A DNA stretch of 63,985 nucleotides, counting the filler, from Candidatus Limnocylindrales bacterium (GTDB lineage Bacteria; Moduliflexota; Moduliflexia; Moduliflexales; JAUQPW01): NCBI GenBank assembly GCA_035559535.1. It is 3 parts of 3 records of this genome, joined end to end, with 100 filler letters (N's around TTAATTAATTAA, not from the genome) between each part and the next. Parts side by side here need not be neighbours in the genome. Positions count along the whole stretch, not along the records: positions 1 to 28,238 come from DATMBG010000047.1; positions 28,339 to 47,230 come from DATMBG010000049.1; 1 more part is not named here. One strand, written 5' to 3'. The translations under genes and the position numbers were made by a program. The stretch's first letter is position 1; the number at the start of each line of letters is the position of its first letter. Under the pieces are notes generated by a model that saw only the letters and a program-made list of their open reading frames with translations, was not told the origin of the DNA and did not search any database. Of the stretch, positions 19,870-30,454 are shown in pieces.

Positions 19870-21219
19870 ATGCGTATAGCCATTGTCGGAACAGGTTATG
19901 TAGGATTAACGACCGGGGTCTGTCTGGCCTCTATGGGTCATGAGATGAGTTGTGTGGATATCGTACCTGAGCGCGTAACTGCCATCAATAATAGGAAAGT
20001 GCCTTTTTACGAACCTGGACTGGCAGAAATGCTTTCTAAGGTGGTGGCCAGCCGGCGACTCTATGCGACTACCGATCTGGTAGAAGCTATTACCAGAAGC
20101 GAAGTAACGTTCATCACCGTCGGCACACCTCAAAGTGACCAGGGCATTGATTTATCCTATATCGCAACGGCGGCCCGGCAAATTGGATATGCTTTACGTC
20201 ATGTCTCTGATTATCACCTTGTCGTTCTAAAGAGCACCGTGGTGCCCGGTACGACAGATACGCTGGTACGTAACCTCCTTGAAGAAGGTTCTGGTTTACA
20301 AGCAGGAGAATTTGGTTTGTGTATGAATCCAGAATTCCTGCGGGAAGGCTCGGCTATCCATGACTTCATGAATCCGGATCGCATTGTGATTGGTCAATGG
20401 GATGAAAGGTCCGGGCAGACACTGGGGGAAGTCTATAAACCGTTTGACTGTCCCAGAATTTTTACCACACTCCGTAACGCAGAGATGATAAAGTATGCCG
20501 CCAACGCTTTGCTGGCGACTTTGGTTTCCTTTAGTAATGAAATAGCGGCACTTTGCGAAGTTACCCCTGATACAGATATTAATGTGGTTATGCAGGGTGT
20601 GCATCTGGATCGCCGACTATCGCCCGTGATTAACGGGGAGCAAATAAAACCGGGTATCCTCAATTTCCTGTGGGCTGGTTGTGGTTTTGGTGGAAGCTGT
20701 TTACCAAAAGATGTAAATGCCCTGCGAGCCTATGCACGTGAGCGCGCTATAACCCCTTACTTACTTGATGCCGTGATGACTATTAATAGCAAGCGGCCCG
20801 CAATCCTGGAAAAGCTAGCTGAAGAAGCTTTGGGATCTTTAAGAGGGGCTGTCATAGCTGTGTTAGGTCTGGCCTTCAAACCCGGTACCGATGATCTACG
20901 TGAATCTCCTGCTCTAACAGTTATTAAACTCTTGCTAGACAAAGGGGCTATCGTAAAGGCTTATGATCCCTTCGTCGCTTCAATACCCCCGGAATTAGGA
21001 TTTGATAACTTGGCAACTCTCTGCAATACTCCGGAAGAGGTCTTAAGAGATTCCGATACGGCCATAGTTGTGACAGCTTATCCTGAGTTTGCAGAATGGG
21101 ATTGGACTACCTTGTGTAATTCGATGCGACGTCAGATCATTATAGACGGTCGCAATATCCTGCGTAAGGTTTCATGGCCCAAAAAGGTTAGGTATATGGG
21201 TATTGGCCAAGTCAATTGA
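19870..21219 (+). CDS. ugd: UDP-glucose 6-dehydrogenase
   Basis: GTGYVG, KSTV.PG, NPEFLREG, GFGGSCLPKD, GLAFKP.TDD.R.SP. Confidence 0.85.
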   Translation: MRIAIVGTGYVGLTTGVCLASMGHEMSCVDIVPERVTAINNRKVPFYEPGLAEMLSKVVASRRLYATTDLVEAITRSEVTFITVGTPQSDQGIDLSYIATAARQIGYALRHVSDYHLVVLKSTVVPGTTDTLVRNLLEEGSGLQAGEFGLCMNPEFLREGSAIHDFMNPDRIVIGQWDERSGQTLGEVYKPFDCPRIFTTLRNAEMIKYAANALLATLVSFSNEIAALCEVTPDTDINVVMQGVHLDRRLSPVINGEQIKPGILNFLWAGCGFGGSCLPKDVNALRAYARERAITPYLLDAVMTINSKRPAILEKLAEEALGSLRGAVIAVLGLAFKPGTDDLRESPALTVIKLLLDKGAIVKAYDPFVASIPPELGFDNLATLCNTPEEVLRDSDTAIVVTAYPEFAEWDWTTLCNSMRRQIIIDGRNILRKVSWPKKVRYMGIGQVN

Positions 21220-21235
21220 AAATGGGTGGGTTTTA

Positions 21236-22366
21236 ATGATTAAAGTTTCGAAAGGATGTTTAGGAGAAGAAGAACTGGCTGCAGTCCGAGAAGCCTTCGA
21301 ATATGGATACTTTGGGTTGGCCTCCAAGGTCATCGAGTTTGAGGAAGCTTTGAAGAACTACCTTGGAGCCAAACATGTTATTGCGACTAACACGGGTACC
21401 GCTGCACTTCATCTTGCCCTCGATGCCTTAGGGGTCGGAGAGGGGGATGAGGTGATCGTTCCCTCACTGACATTTGTAGCCTCCTTTCAAGCAATCAAAG
21501 CTACAGGGGCTACCCCTGTGCCTTGTGATGTTGAATACGATACACTCCTCATGGATCTTAACGATATGGAACGGAGGATCACGCCAAAGACTAAGGTCCT
21601 TATGCCGGTACATTATGCAGGAAATCCCTGTAACATGGAAGCACTACTTGAAATAAAGGAACGATACAAACTTCGAGTTGTGGAAGATGCTGCCCATGCC
21701 TTTGGCTCAATAACCAGCAAAGGACAAAAGATTGGAAGCTTTGGCGATATAACTTGTTTTAGCTTTGATTCCATCAAAAATATCACCTGTGGGGAGGGAG
21801 GAGCAGTGGTTTGTCAAGAGGAAGCACTGGCTGAGCTCATACGGCAAAAGCGGCTCCTGGGAATAAATCGTAAATCTAATTCAACAGCTCCCTGGAGGGA
21901 GCGAAGCTGGCAGTTCGAAGTCACAACCCAGGGCTTCCGTTACCATATGAGCAATATCAATGCGGCTATCGGTATCGAACAGCTAAAAAAGTTAGACGGC
22001 TTTATTGCCCGGCGTAGAGAAATTTGCCAGAAATACGAAGAAGCTTTTAAGAATATTTCCGGTTTGCAGCGACTTCGGATAAATTATCATGAATGTGCGC
22101 CTCATATTTATGTGATCCGGGTAAAAGACGGGCGACGTAATGCCCTGATGCAATTTTTGAAAGACCGTCACATCGAAACAGGGATTAATTACATTCCAAA
22201 TCATCTGCATCCGTATTTTCGAGTGGATGGCTTGACGCTACCTGTGGCAGAAAAGGCTTATGAAGAGATTCTAACGCTTCCTCTCCATTGTGGACTCTCA
22301 GATGATGAGGTTCAGGAGGTAATCCGTTGTGTTAAGCAATTCTTCGAAGAATGCCAGGAGGTGTAA
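21236..22366 (+). CDS. DegT/DnrJ/EryC1/StrS sugar aminotransferase
   Basis: GT.AL, EDAAHA.G, FSF..IKNI.CGEGG PLP-lysine motif; likely start ATG 21236. Confidence 0.9.
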   Translation: MIKVSKGCLGEEELAAVREAFEYGYFGLASKVIEFEEALKNYLGAKHVIATNTGTAALHLALDALGVGEGDEVIVPSLTFVASFQAIKATGATPVPCDVEYDTLLMDLNDMERRITPKTKVLMPVHYAGNPCNMEALLEIKERYKLRVVEDAAHAFGSITSKGQKIGSFGDITCFSFDSIKNITCGEGGAVVCQEEALAELIRQKRLLGINRKSNSTAPWRERSWQFEVTTQGFRYHMSNINAAIGIEQLKKLDGFIARRREICQKYEEAFKNISGLQRLRINYHECAPHIYVIRVKDGRRNALMQFLKDRHIETGINYIPNHLHPYFRVDGLTLPVAEKAYEEILTLPLHCGLSDDEVQEVIRCVKQFFEECQEV

Positions 22367-22368
22367 AG

Positions 22369-23148
22369 ATGAAAGTCGTTATCTTATGTGGGGGTCTGGG
22401 AACACGACTCCGAGAAGAAACCGAATTTAGACCGAAACCTATGGTAAAAATTGGCACAAAGCCGATCCTGTGGCACATTATGAAGTTATACGCGCATTAC
22501 GGCTTCAAGGACTTTGTGCTCTGTTTGGGATACAAGGGAGAGATTATTAAGGAGTATTTTTATCACTATGAGATGTACAATAGCGATTTTTCTGTCTATT
22601 TAGGGAAACAGAAATCTATAGAAGTACACAATTCCCATAATGAGTTAGACTGGCATGTGGCACTCATCGATACGGGAGAAAAAGCCCTTAAGGGAGCCCG
22701 AATCAAAAGGATTGAGCACTTAATAGAAGATGAGCATTTCTTACTGACCTATGGAGATGGGGTTGCCAACTTAAATATTAAGCAGTTGGTTGAGTTTCAC
22801 TTACGCCACGGCCGAATTGGAACTGTGACCGGAGTGAGACCTCCTTCTTTATTTGGTGAACTTCAGGTTCGTGGAGACCAGGTTGAACTGTTTACGGAAA
22901 AACCTCAGACATCCAGTGGGCTCATTAGCGGAGGCTTCTTTGCCTTCTCTCGGAAGATATTCGATTATCTCTCTTCAGCTGATGACTGTGATTTTGAACC
23001 CGGGCCTCTGGAAAAGTTAGCTCAAGATGGTCAACTCATGGTCTATGAACATCGGGGTGAATGGGCCTGTGTGGATACCTACCGAGATCTCGAGCATCTC
23101 AACCACCTATGGTTCACTAACCGAGCCTTCTGGAAAGTCTGGGCCTGA
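22369..23148 (+). CDS. rfbF: Glucose-1-phosphate cytidylyltransferase
   Basis: GGLGTRL.EET..RPKPMV.IG.KPILWHIMK, TYGDG, W.C.DT.RD. Confidence 0.9.
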   Translation: MKVVILCGGLGTRLREETEFRPKPMVKIGTKPILWHIMKLYAHYGFKDFVLCLGYKGEIIKEYFYHYEMYNSDFSVYLGKQKSIEVHNSHNELDWHVALIDTGEKALKGARIKRIEHLIEDEHFLLTYGDGVANLNIKQLVEFHLRHGRIGTVTGVRPPSLFGELQVRGDQVELFTEKPQTSSGLISGGFFAFSRKIFDYLSSADDCDFEPGPLEKLAQDGQLMVYEHRGEWACVDTYRDLEHLNHLWFTNRAFWKVWA

Positions 23149-23293
23149 GGAAGTGGTTTGACTCAGCTTATTCACCATTACCGATAGATCATCGAGCGAA
23201 AAAATATCCAGGGATAAGGAGAAGGTCAAGAAATCCTTGAACCGTTTCTGTTGTAGTGGATTAGAAAATATATCTTGATAAAAAATAAAGGGT

Positions 23294-24865
23294 ATGGGTA
23301 TGATGCCTCCTGGTAGATCCGAATTCTCCTCTGAATCGCAGAGTGCTTTTGTAACTGAAGGGAAAACCAGGCAGGAGTCAGGTATTAACACGTTTTCGAT
23401 ACTCCAAATCATCCTGACAATTGGCGCCATCCAGGTTGCTACCATGGCCTTCAATCTGCTCCGATCGAAGATTGTTGCAGTAACCGCTGGTCCAGAGAGT
23501 GTGGGTGTTATCAGTGTGATTGATCAGGCCGTCGGTTTAATAGCTCTGATAAGTACTTTCAGCCTGCCCTTTGCTTCAGTGAAGTTTCTCTCAGCGGCAC
23601 ACAGTGAAAGCCGGGAAGCCTTTACCAAAGGCTATATAACGTTTCTGCGAGCCTTATTTCTGATTTCACTCCTCGGAACAGGGGTTGGGATTGCCTTGAT
23701 ATGGGGATGGCCAGCTATTTTGGGAAAAGAACTGGCTGAGTATAAAGAAGTTGTTACCCTTGCATTGTTAGCAATTCCGGCGACCAATCTGATAGGGCTG
23801 TTGATGAACGTTATGGCAGCGGCTCAGCGGGTGCGTGCTTCTGCGCTTTTAGGACTCCTAACTGCCATTCTCTTAGCGATAGTATCGGGTGGAGGGATTC
23901 TTATTGCCGGTCTGCACGGATATTATACGGGAAATTTGGCTGTAACTTTTGCCTTAGTCGCCGGAGGTATGTGGTATCTTTTTCGAAGAGAGGGGCTTCG
24001 AATTCACGACAAGCAGGTTAAACTCTTCCAGGAGGTCCGACGTTACCCTCAGGCTTTGAGTTTTGCCGGAGCTTTGTACATAATTTCCTTTACCACACCG
24101 CTGGCATACCTTGTAGCCAGGTATGCCGTTCTTCGTGCAGGCGGCTTCATAGAATCGGGGCTTCTTCAGGCGGCCATGGGTCTTGGACTGGCCCTGAAAA
24201 CGGTTATGCGATCCTCCAACGCTCTGTTCCTGACTCCAACAATGAACAGGAAAGGAGAAAACAGGGAGAAATTTCAAAGAGCCGTCGAGTTTCTGCGCGC
24301 CCTCTCGGTCGTTATCGGGATTATCGCCCTGCCAATGGTGCTGTTCCCAAATTGGTGGTTATTTCTCCTCTATTCCTCCAAGTTTGCGGCTGCCGCACCC
24401 TATGTTTATCTATTCGTTCTATCAGAAGCCATTCAATTATTAGCCGGAGTAAATCAGGCCCTCGTAATTGGATTAGATCATATAGCAATACATGTGAAAG
24501 TCTGCCTCCTTGGGGATCTAGGAATTATGGCCTTTTCATGGTGGCTGGTTCCATACTATGGGATTGGAGGGGTTGCAATGGCTTTCCTCTTTAACGGCCT
24601 TTTGATATTTACCCTTACAAGCTGGTATCTGTGGTCAAATCATAGAATAGTCATCCATAAGTCCATAGGTTGGCTTCCACTTTATATACTGGCCATTATT
24701 GGAGTTGGAGGGGCGGTTTCGAGCTGGTCTGAAGTAAATACGCCTGGATTTCTTATATTAAAGATTTGTCTTTGGACCCTCTTCATCCTCTCTTTGTTTA
24801 AGTTTATAGGAGGTAAGAAGGGTCCTCTCCTTCAAAGCTTGTGGCAGGCATTCAGCCATAAGTAG
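23294..24865 (+). CDS. wzx: Wzx-type oligosaccharide flippase
   Basis: About 12-14 TM helices, R.KI.A...GP..VG start typical of O-antigen translocases, cluster context. Confidence 0.75.
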   Translation: MGMMPPGRSEFSSESQSAFVTEGKTRQESGINTFSILQIILTIGAIQVATMAFNLLRSKIVAVTAGPESVGVISVIDQAVGLIALISTFSLPFASVKFLSAAHSESREAFTKGYITFLRALFLISLLGTGVGIALIWGWPAILGKELAEYKEVVTLALLAIPATNLIGLLMNVMAAAQRVRASALLGLLTAILLAIVSGGGILIAGLHGYYTGNLAVTFALVAGGMWYLFRREGLRIHDKQVKLFQEVRRYPQALSFAGALYIISFTTPLAYLVARYAVLRAGGFIESGLLQAAMGLGLALKTVMRSSNALFLTPTMNRKGENREKFQRAVEFLRALSVVIGIIALPMVLFPNWWLFLLYSSKFAAAAPYVYLFVLSEAIQLLAGVNQALVIGLDHIAIHVKVCLLGDLGIMAFSWWLVPYYGIGGVAMAFLFNGLLIFTLTSWYLWSNHRIVIHKSIGWLPLYILAIIGVGGAVSSWSEVNTPGFLILKICLWTLFILSLFKFIGGKKGPLLQSLWQAFSHK

Positions 24866-24986
24866 AAGAACACTCTGTTAAGAAGGATACCGTCAGTTTA
24901 AACAATGGTTGTGTAGCTTGAACTCATTGATTTATCCTTAAAATAAGAAAGCAAAAGGTAATCGATCAGTGAAAGAGGGTAAAGGC

Positions 24987-26066
24987 ATGTTTCGTGTTGC
25001 AATTATGGGTTTGGGAGCCGTAACCCGAAATATTCACTTGCCGGCATATTCTCAGCTTAGAGATAAAGTGAGTGTAGTTGCGGGATGTGATGTTGACCGT
25101 ACTGCCCGAACTTTTATGAAGAGAAAATGGCATCTGCCAGAGGTGTATGATAATCCTCAAGAACTGATAGAAAAGACAAAGCCGGATATTGTCTCTATAT
25201 GTACCCCTCCTTCCCTCCATCAGGAACAATCTTTAATGGCCCTGGACTATGGTTGCCACGTCTTCTGTGAAAAACCCCTGGCAGAAAGTTTATACCAGGC
25301 CGATGAAATCATAAGGGCCTCTGAAAGAGCCAGACGTCTGGTAGTAGTCAATAACCAGTTTCCTTATATGAATATTTATAGATCCTCAAAGGCACTTATC
25401 GGATCACCCGAATTTGGCCGGTTACTATTTCTCCATGCCTGGCAGACCTTCCATCCTACCGAGCAAACTGAAGCCAGCTGGAGGGGTAAATTACAGAGGA
25501 GATTGTGTTTTGAATTCGGGATCCATGTTTTTGAACTTATTAGATTCTTTTTCGAAGATAATCCTGTCAAGATCTTTGCTCATATGCCGAATCCAATGTC
25601 AGATATGACCTCTGAGGTTGTCAATATAATCTCTGTAGAGTTTTCAGATGGACGGGCGGCATCCATCGTTCTGGATAGATTGAGCAAGGGGCCAGAGCAT
25701 TACCTGGACATGAGGTTAGATGGCGAATTTGCATCTATTTATACTTCTATTGGAGGAGAAATCCGACTTGAAATGGGGTTACATACCCGGGAGAAACGCC
25801 CTTTTCTTGGTTTTAACTTTGTTAAGGGGGGAAAGGCCGTTCTGCAAAATGGAAACCGATCGAAAATTATTGCCAAGGATGGAATCAATCCTTTTGCCTC
25901 AGCAACAGCCGCTCATTTTAAAAACTTTATTGAGGCAATTGAGAATGGAAAGGAACCCAGGGGTCATGCAAGGGATAATCGAAACACTCTGGCGCTGGCT
26001 CTCGCTGCCTATGATGCCGCGCAAGCTAACAGGGCCATAGAAATGGCCCGCTATTTTAAAATTTAA
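24987..26066 (+). CDS. Gfo/Idh/MocA family oxidoreductase
   Basis: VAIMG.G, CTPP..H, HV.CEKP; likely start ATG 24987. Confidence 0.85.
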   Translation: MFRVAIMGLGAVTRNIHLPAYSQLRDKVSVVAGCDVDRTARTFMKRKWHLPEVYDNPQELIEKTKPDIVSICTPPSLHQEQSLMALDYGCHVFCEKPLAESLYQADEIIRASERARRLVVVNNQFPYMNIYRSSKALIGSPEFGRLLFLHAWQTFHPTEQTEASWRGKLQRRLCFEFGIHVFELIRFFFEDNPVKIFAHMPNPMSDMTSEVVNIISVEFSDGRAASIVLDRLSKGPEHYLDMRLDGEFASIYTSIGGEIRLEMGLHTREKRPFLGFNFVKGGKAVLQNGNRSKIIAKDGINPFASATAAHFKNFIEAIENGKEPRGHARDNRNTLALALAAYDAAQANRAIEMARYFKI

Positions 26067-26145
26067 AAATAGTAACGGGTAAAGCGTAAAATGTAAAATC
26101 TGCTTGTAAATACTTCTTTACATTTTACGTCTTTTACATCTTACG

Positions 26146-27159
26146 TTGATTCGAGCTGGAATCGTTGGAGCGGGATTGATGGGTCGTTGGCATGCCTGGG
26201 CCATAAAAAGGGTCGGGGGGTATCTTTCGGCCGTTGCAGATATTGATCAGAATGCAGCCCGGCATCTTACACGCAAGTATCGGGGTACTGTAAGCTTTTC
26301 GAATGTTGAGCAGATGCTGGATCGGATTCCTCTGGATGTGCTCCATATCTGCACCCCTGCGGCTACCCATTATAAGATTGCCGAGCTGGCTATAGAAGCC
26401 GGCCTCAATCTCATGATAGAGAAACCCATGACTCTTCAAGCTCGTGAAGCGGAACATCTTTTTGATCAAGCGGAGAGCCGAGGCGTACTCCTATGTCCTG
26501 TCCATCAATTCCTGTTTCAAGATGGGGTTCTAAAGGCCAGGAAATTACTGCCTCGAATTGGACGGTTGGTCCATATGGAAGGAGTTTTTTATTCGGCAGG
26601 TGGAACTGGTCTAACCCGCGAGCAGCTTGATTTTATCGTGGCAGATATCTTACCCCATCCTCTCTCCCTCATGTACCTATTCCTACCGACAACCCTCCCT
26701 GAGAAGGATTGGTTGGTCATGCGGCCCGGCTATGGAGAACTCCGTGCCCTTGGGGAGAGTTCAGGTGTTACTTTGGTTATTTTCATCAGTATGAATGCCC
26801 GGCCAACAGTATGTTCCTTTCAAATAATAGGAACAACCGGAACGATCCACCTGGATCTGTTCCATGGCTTTGCATTCATGGAACCAGGTAAGGTAGCCAG
26901 GACAAGAAAGATACTTCACCCCTTTGATCTGGCGTTTAGAAGACTATCGTCTGCTACCCTAAATCTTGGACGAAGGATCTTCCAACGCGAACCGGCCTAT
27001 CCAGGTCTCCGACGGTTGGTTGCCGATTTCTATAAAGCAGTACAGACAAGATCTGAGTCGCCTATCTCCCAAGAAGAAACCCTTGCAGTAGCCCGAATAC
27101 GGGATCGGTTGATCCAGGGCGCCGGGCTTGTTAGTTCGGTGGGTCCCAAAGACCCTTAA
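26146..27159 (+). CDS. Gfo/Idh/MocA family oxidoreductase
   Basis: GIVGAG.MG, CTP..TH, EKP, D..PH; TTG start. Confidence 0.8.
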   Translation: MIRAGIVGAGLMGRWHAWAIKRVGGYLSAVADIDQNAARHLTRKYRGTVSFSNVEQMLDRIPLDVLHICTPAATHYKIAELAIEAGLNLMIEKPMTLQAREAEHLFDQAESRGVLLCPVHQFLFQDGVLKARKLLPRIGRLVHMEGVFYSAGGTGLTREQLDFIVADILPHPLSLMYLFLPTTLPEKDWLVMRPGYGELRALGESSGVTLVIFISMNARPTVCSFQIIGTTGTIHLDLFHGFAFMEPGKVARTRKILHPFDLAFRRLSSATLNLGRRIFQREPAYPGLRRLVADFYKAVQTRSESPISQEETLAVARIRDRLIQGAGLVSSVGPKDP

Positions 27160-27180
27160 ACAGGTACAGTCTAACTTTTC

Positions 27181-28059
27181 ATGAAATCGAAGTTATCTAT
27201 CGTAATTGGGGCAAATAACGCCCGAACCAGTATCCGTGACTGTCTGGCTTCATTGGAAAACCAACAAAAAGACCATAACGTTGAAATTATTGTTGTAGAT
27301 AATTCTACCGATGGTACTACCGAGATTATCAGCCAACAATTTCCCAACATAAACCTTTTAAGGACTTCAGAAGCTGACCTCATTCCACAATTGTGGGAAA
27401 TCGGGATCAATCAAAGTACCGGTGATATCGTTGCTATTACAACAGCCCATTGTGTTCCAGAGAAAAACTGGATAGAAGAGATCCTGAAAGCCCATGATAG
27501 CACTCCTTACCCAGGTATAGGGGGAGCTATAGAGAACGATAAATCTGCAGGACTTGTGGAGTGGGCTATTTTTTTCTGCCGCTACAGTCGTTATATGCTT
27601 CCTTTTCCAGAAAGAACTGTCAGCGAAATTGCCGGAGATAATGCCTCCTATAAGAGATGGGTCTTAGATCGTTACAAACAGGCCAGACGTCAGGGGTTTT
27701 GGGAACCTACCGTTCATGCAGAACTCAGGAAGGACGGCCTTCAGCTTTTGATGAAACCGACTATTGTGGTATATCATAAGAAATCCTTCAGTTTACCGGG
27801 TTTTATAAAGCAACGATTCTGGCATGGAAAACAATTTGGTAAGGCCCGTACAGCGAGTCTTTCCGGTATAAAGCGGATTATCTATATTTTGCTATCTCCT
27901 TTGATTCCCCTCGTATTTCTATCTCGGATCACACAACAGGTGCTGATTAAAAAAAAGCATGGGAGGAAATTTCTCTTCTCCTTACCCCTTCTAATTTTGT
28001 TTCTTCTAAGCTGGTCCACAGGAGAATTCATCGGCTATCTATCACCGTCACGGAAATAA
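27181..28059 (+). CDS. Glycosyltransferase family 2 (paralog of 5880-6800)
   Basis: VVDNSTDGT, GG..EN, WA.F...YS.YM.P, G.N.SY.R, FWE...H. Confidence 0.8.
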   Translation: MKSKLSIVIGANNARTSIRDCLASLENQQKDHNVEIIVVDNSTDGTTEIISQQFPNINLLRTSEADLIPQLWEIGINQSTGDIVAITTAHCVPEKNWIEEILKAHDSTPYPGIGGAIENDKSAGLVEWAIFFCRYSRYMLPFPERTVSEIAGDNASYKRWVLDRYKQARRQGFWEPTVHAELRKDGLQLLMKPTIVVYHKKSFSLPGFIKQRFWHGKQFGKARTASLSGIKRIIYILLSPLIPLVFLSRITQQVLIKKKHGRKFLFSLPLLILFLLSWSTGEFIGYLSPSRK

Positions 28060-28108
28060 AGGATAAATTAACATCCTAATCCATTTAATATTCAGAAGAA
28101 TTCAAATT

Positions 28109-28238
28109 ATGAAAATTCAAGTTCAAACCCCAGCAAAACTTAAACGACTCCTCTACCTCCATCTCTCCCAACCCCTTATCTCCCTCACCCTCCTAACCCT
28201 GATCCTGCTCTTCCTGAACACCAAAGGCATATCCCACG
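28109..28238 (+). CDS. 5' fragment of a membrane or exported protein, cut by the contig end
   Basis: Open frame with a hydrophobic stretch running into the gap. Confidence 0.35.
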
Positions 28239-28338
28239 NNNNNNNNNNNNNNNNNNNNNNNNNNNNNNNNNNNNNNNNNNNNTTAATTAATTAANNNNNN
28301 NNNNNNNNNNNNNNNNNNNNNNNNNNNNNNNNNNNNNN
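28239..28338. other. Artificial contig-join spacer
   Basis: N44-TTAATTAATTAA-N44 with stops in all frames. Confidence 0.97.
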
Positions 28339-29169
28339 CCCGCCTACGATACTGGCGGTACCACTCGTTATTTTTCCCGCGGTGACAAGTGCAGGATCTC
28401 TTTCAGGATTCACACTAGCAAGCATCAGTGCGCCACCTCCAAAATTCAAGGCGCCAGCGCCTCCAGCAAACCATCGCGCCGATGAACTCATCCCCGCCGC
28501 TTCAGGGACTGTGCACAATGCAGATGGCCCTGGTTCTCCCGTCATGATCCATCGTGCTTGTCTGCCAGCCGCTTCTGCTACCTCTCGGGGGAGAGCGCCC
28601 GGGTTCGCGGCGCGTATCTGATCTTCGATTTGGGGAATGAGGAATCGATCGACGAATTTGTGCTCGTTGCCGTATACACTGCCGCCGAACACCGAGTACG
28701 TTGTTCCTCCACCGTTGGGATCAACCAGCAGAGTCGTCGCAGGCAATGCGTTGCGAGACTGTAGTGGCGACAAATTCAGATTCATCACCGCCGGGTCCAT
28801 ATTCGTTGCGGCCGCGCTCAGCTCTTTCGTCCAATGCTGTACTTGTGTCCCCGGGGGCATCACGTTCGTAGCTCGATAGGCCCGCCTTGCCTGTGCAGCT
28901 GCTGCCGCAAAATCAGTTCCAGGCGCCGCCTCGGGGATACCTGCCGCTACCGGGGCCGACGGAGCGGCGGAGCGCAGGAGATTCGCGGATAAGGACAGGC
29001 CGCCATTTACGCTGGAGGAGCTGAACGAAGGTGGCGGAAGATATCGTTCTTCCTTCGGTAACGACTGTTGTAACGCCTCTTCACGGGGTGTAGGCGCTGT
29101 TGGATCGACGCACGACTGCATGGTGGGATCGCACTGCGTGCCCATCACGTCAGTGAACAGCAGGGGAAT
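28339..29169 (-). pseudogene. Orphan Rhs C-terminal tip (toxin-like), also cut by the contig end
   Basis: Frame reads *IPLLFTDVMGTQ, resembling the Rhs PxxxxDPxG core end; no Rhs core upstream; visibly higher GC than the flanks. Confidence 0.55.
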
Positions 29170-29426
29170 TTACGAGCACGGGAAAAGCCAGTAACCATTC
29201 CCCTTCGACTATTTCACATTAGCTGTCGACGGTGAGAGGACGTCCCTTATAGTGCTCAACTGCGGGGAAGATGCCTTCCCTAGATTTCTCTAACCTCTGA
29301 GGATCAGTAACTTCTAAAACATCAAAAGGCAATATGCAGGCCTGTTTAACCTCCTTAGAATTACCCGAAAAGTATGAACGATAATTTATGAAACCGAGAA
29401 GGTATCCTTAAAATGGGATCATACTC

Positions 29427-29978
29427 TCAAGAGGCTCTGTAGATCCTGGTCATTTCTCCATAGCAGGTTTCACAAACTCCGTGCGTCAACATCGGCAGAG
29501 AAGTACTTTCGAAAAGCCGCAAATGCCTGACAGCCTCTTCCACCTCCATCCAGGTACCTTCTACATTAATTTTCTTACACCAACTGCACATCCGCAGGAA
29601 CTTCTCCGAATAAACTGCCTGAGATTCGAGCAGAGGTTGATGCTGTCGGTGTTCTATGGCCAACGTCCGTATCCGGAACTCAACCGTGGCTCCCTCAGCA
29701 GGAAATATTCGCATCTCCATCAGTCGTCGGCAACTGGGTGAGTCACACCGAAAACGAAATCCCATCACACGATGATTCCGGATTTGTGTTAAGATGTCAT
29801 GGTAAAGCTGACATGTGGTAGAGTCAACGATGAAGTCCCATAACGAGCGATGGAGTATGTTGGCCGATGTGACCTTCCATCCCCCATTAGCCAGGGCAAA
29901 TCGATCCCACTCCTCGTTTGTGAAAACGATCTCGTCCCGACTGTTCACCCGATAGATAATGTCTCCGGTACTTTCCAT
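29427..29978 (-). CDS. Hypothetical protein: PAS-like domain plus CxxC...HGxCxxC motif
   Basis: I...N..W..FA..N...G.SLWD; C-terminal CSWCKKI...W...LTHGVCETC. Confidence 0.65.
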   Translation of the reverse strand: MESTGDIIYRVNSRDEIVFTNEEWDRFALANGGWKVTSANILHRSLWDFIVDSTTCQLYHDILTQIRNHRVMGFRFRCDSPSCRRLMEMRIFPAEGATVEFRIRTLAIEHRQHQPLLESQAVYSEKFLRMCSWCKKINVEGTWMEVEEAVRHLRLFESTSLPMLTHGVCETCYGEMTRIYRAS

Positions 29979-30454
29979 ATCTCCTTGCTGACCTTTATTT
30001 CCTGGGATTAGGTAGGGACTTTATGGTTCCTTTCCTCCCTAAGAACGGCTCGTGAAAATTTGCCTTCAAGGTTTTACCACCCTTGCTCCTTAGCTGTAGG
30101 GTTGTGTAGGATCATTTGGGTATGATAACGTCAACTACCTCTAACCATGCCGGGCCGCCAGGAATTCCCTCTGTAATCGCTCAACCGCTGACGCTCCAAT
30201 TGTAGGACGAACCAGGAAGTAGCTCTCCTTGTCTTTAAGCGGCCAATCAGAGTAGGGTACCTCCTCCCGGTAATAAAAATATTCCCAAAGAATCGCCTTC
30301 CAGCTTATGCAGCGGACAAGCATCACGTGGCATTCTGTCCCGTTCATCGTGTCCATAGATCAAGTAGCAAGGCTCGCAATTGAGCAAGATTCCCTCAGTA
30401 TAAAATAATAGTTTAATTACTTACACCTCTGTTGTCCATATTTAGTTCCTTTGT

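Noticed and set aside
28239-28338. TTAATTAATTAA palindrome and ORFs running through N-runs (also 47231-47330)
   Set aside because: Artificial joins; genes on either side are not neighbours, so the 16S-tuf and glycan-Rhs adjacencies mean nothing
30141-30356. 71-aa ORF as a gene
   Set aside because: No recognisable motif or SD; may be a remnant, but there is not enough support
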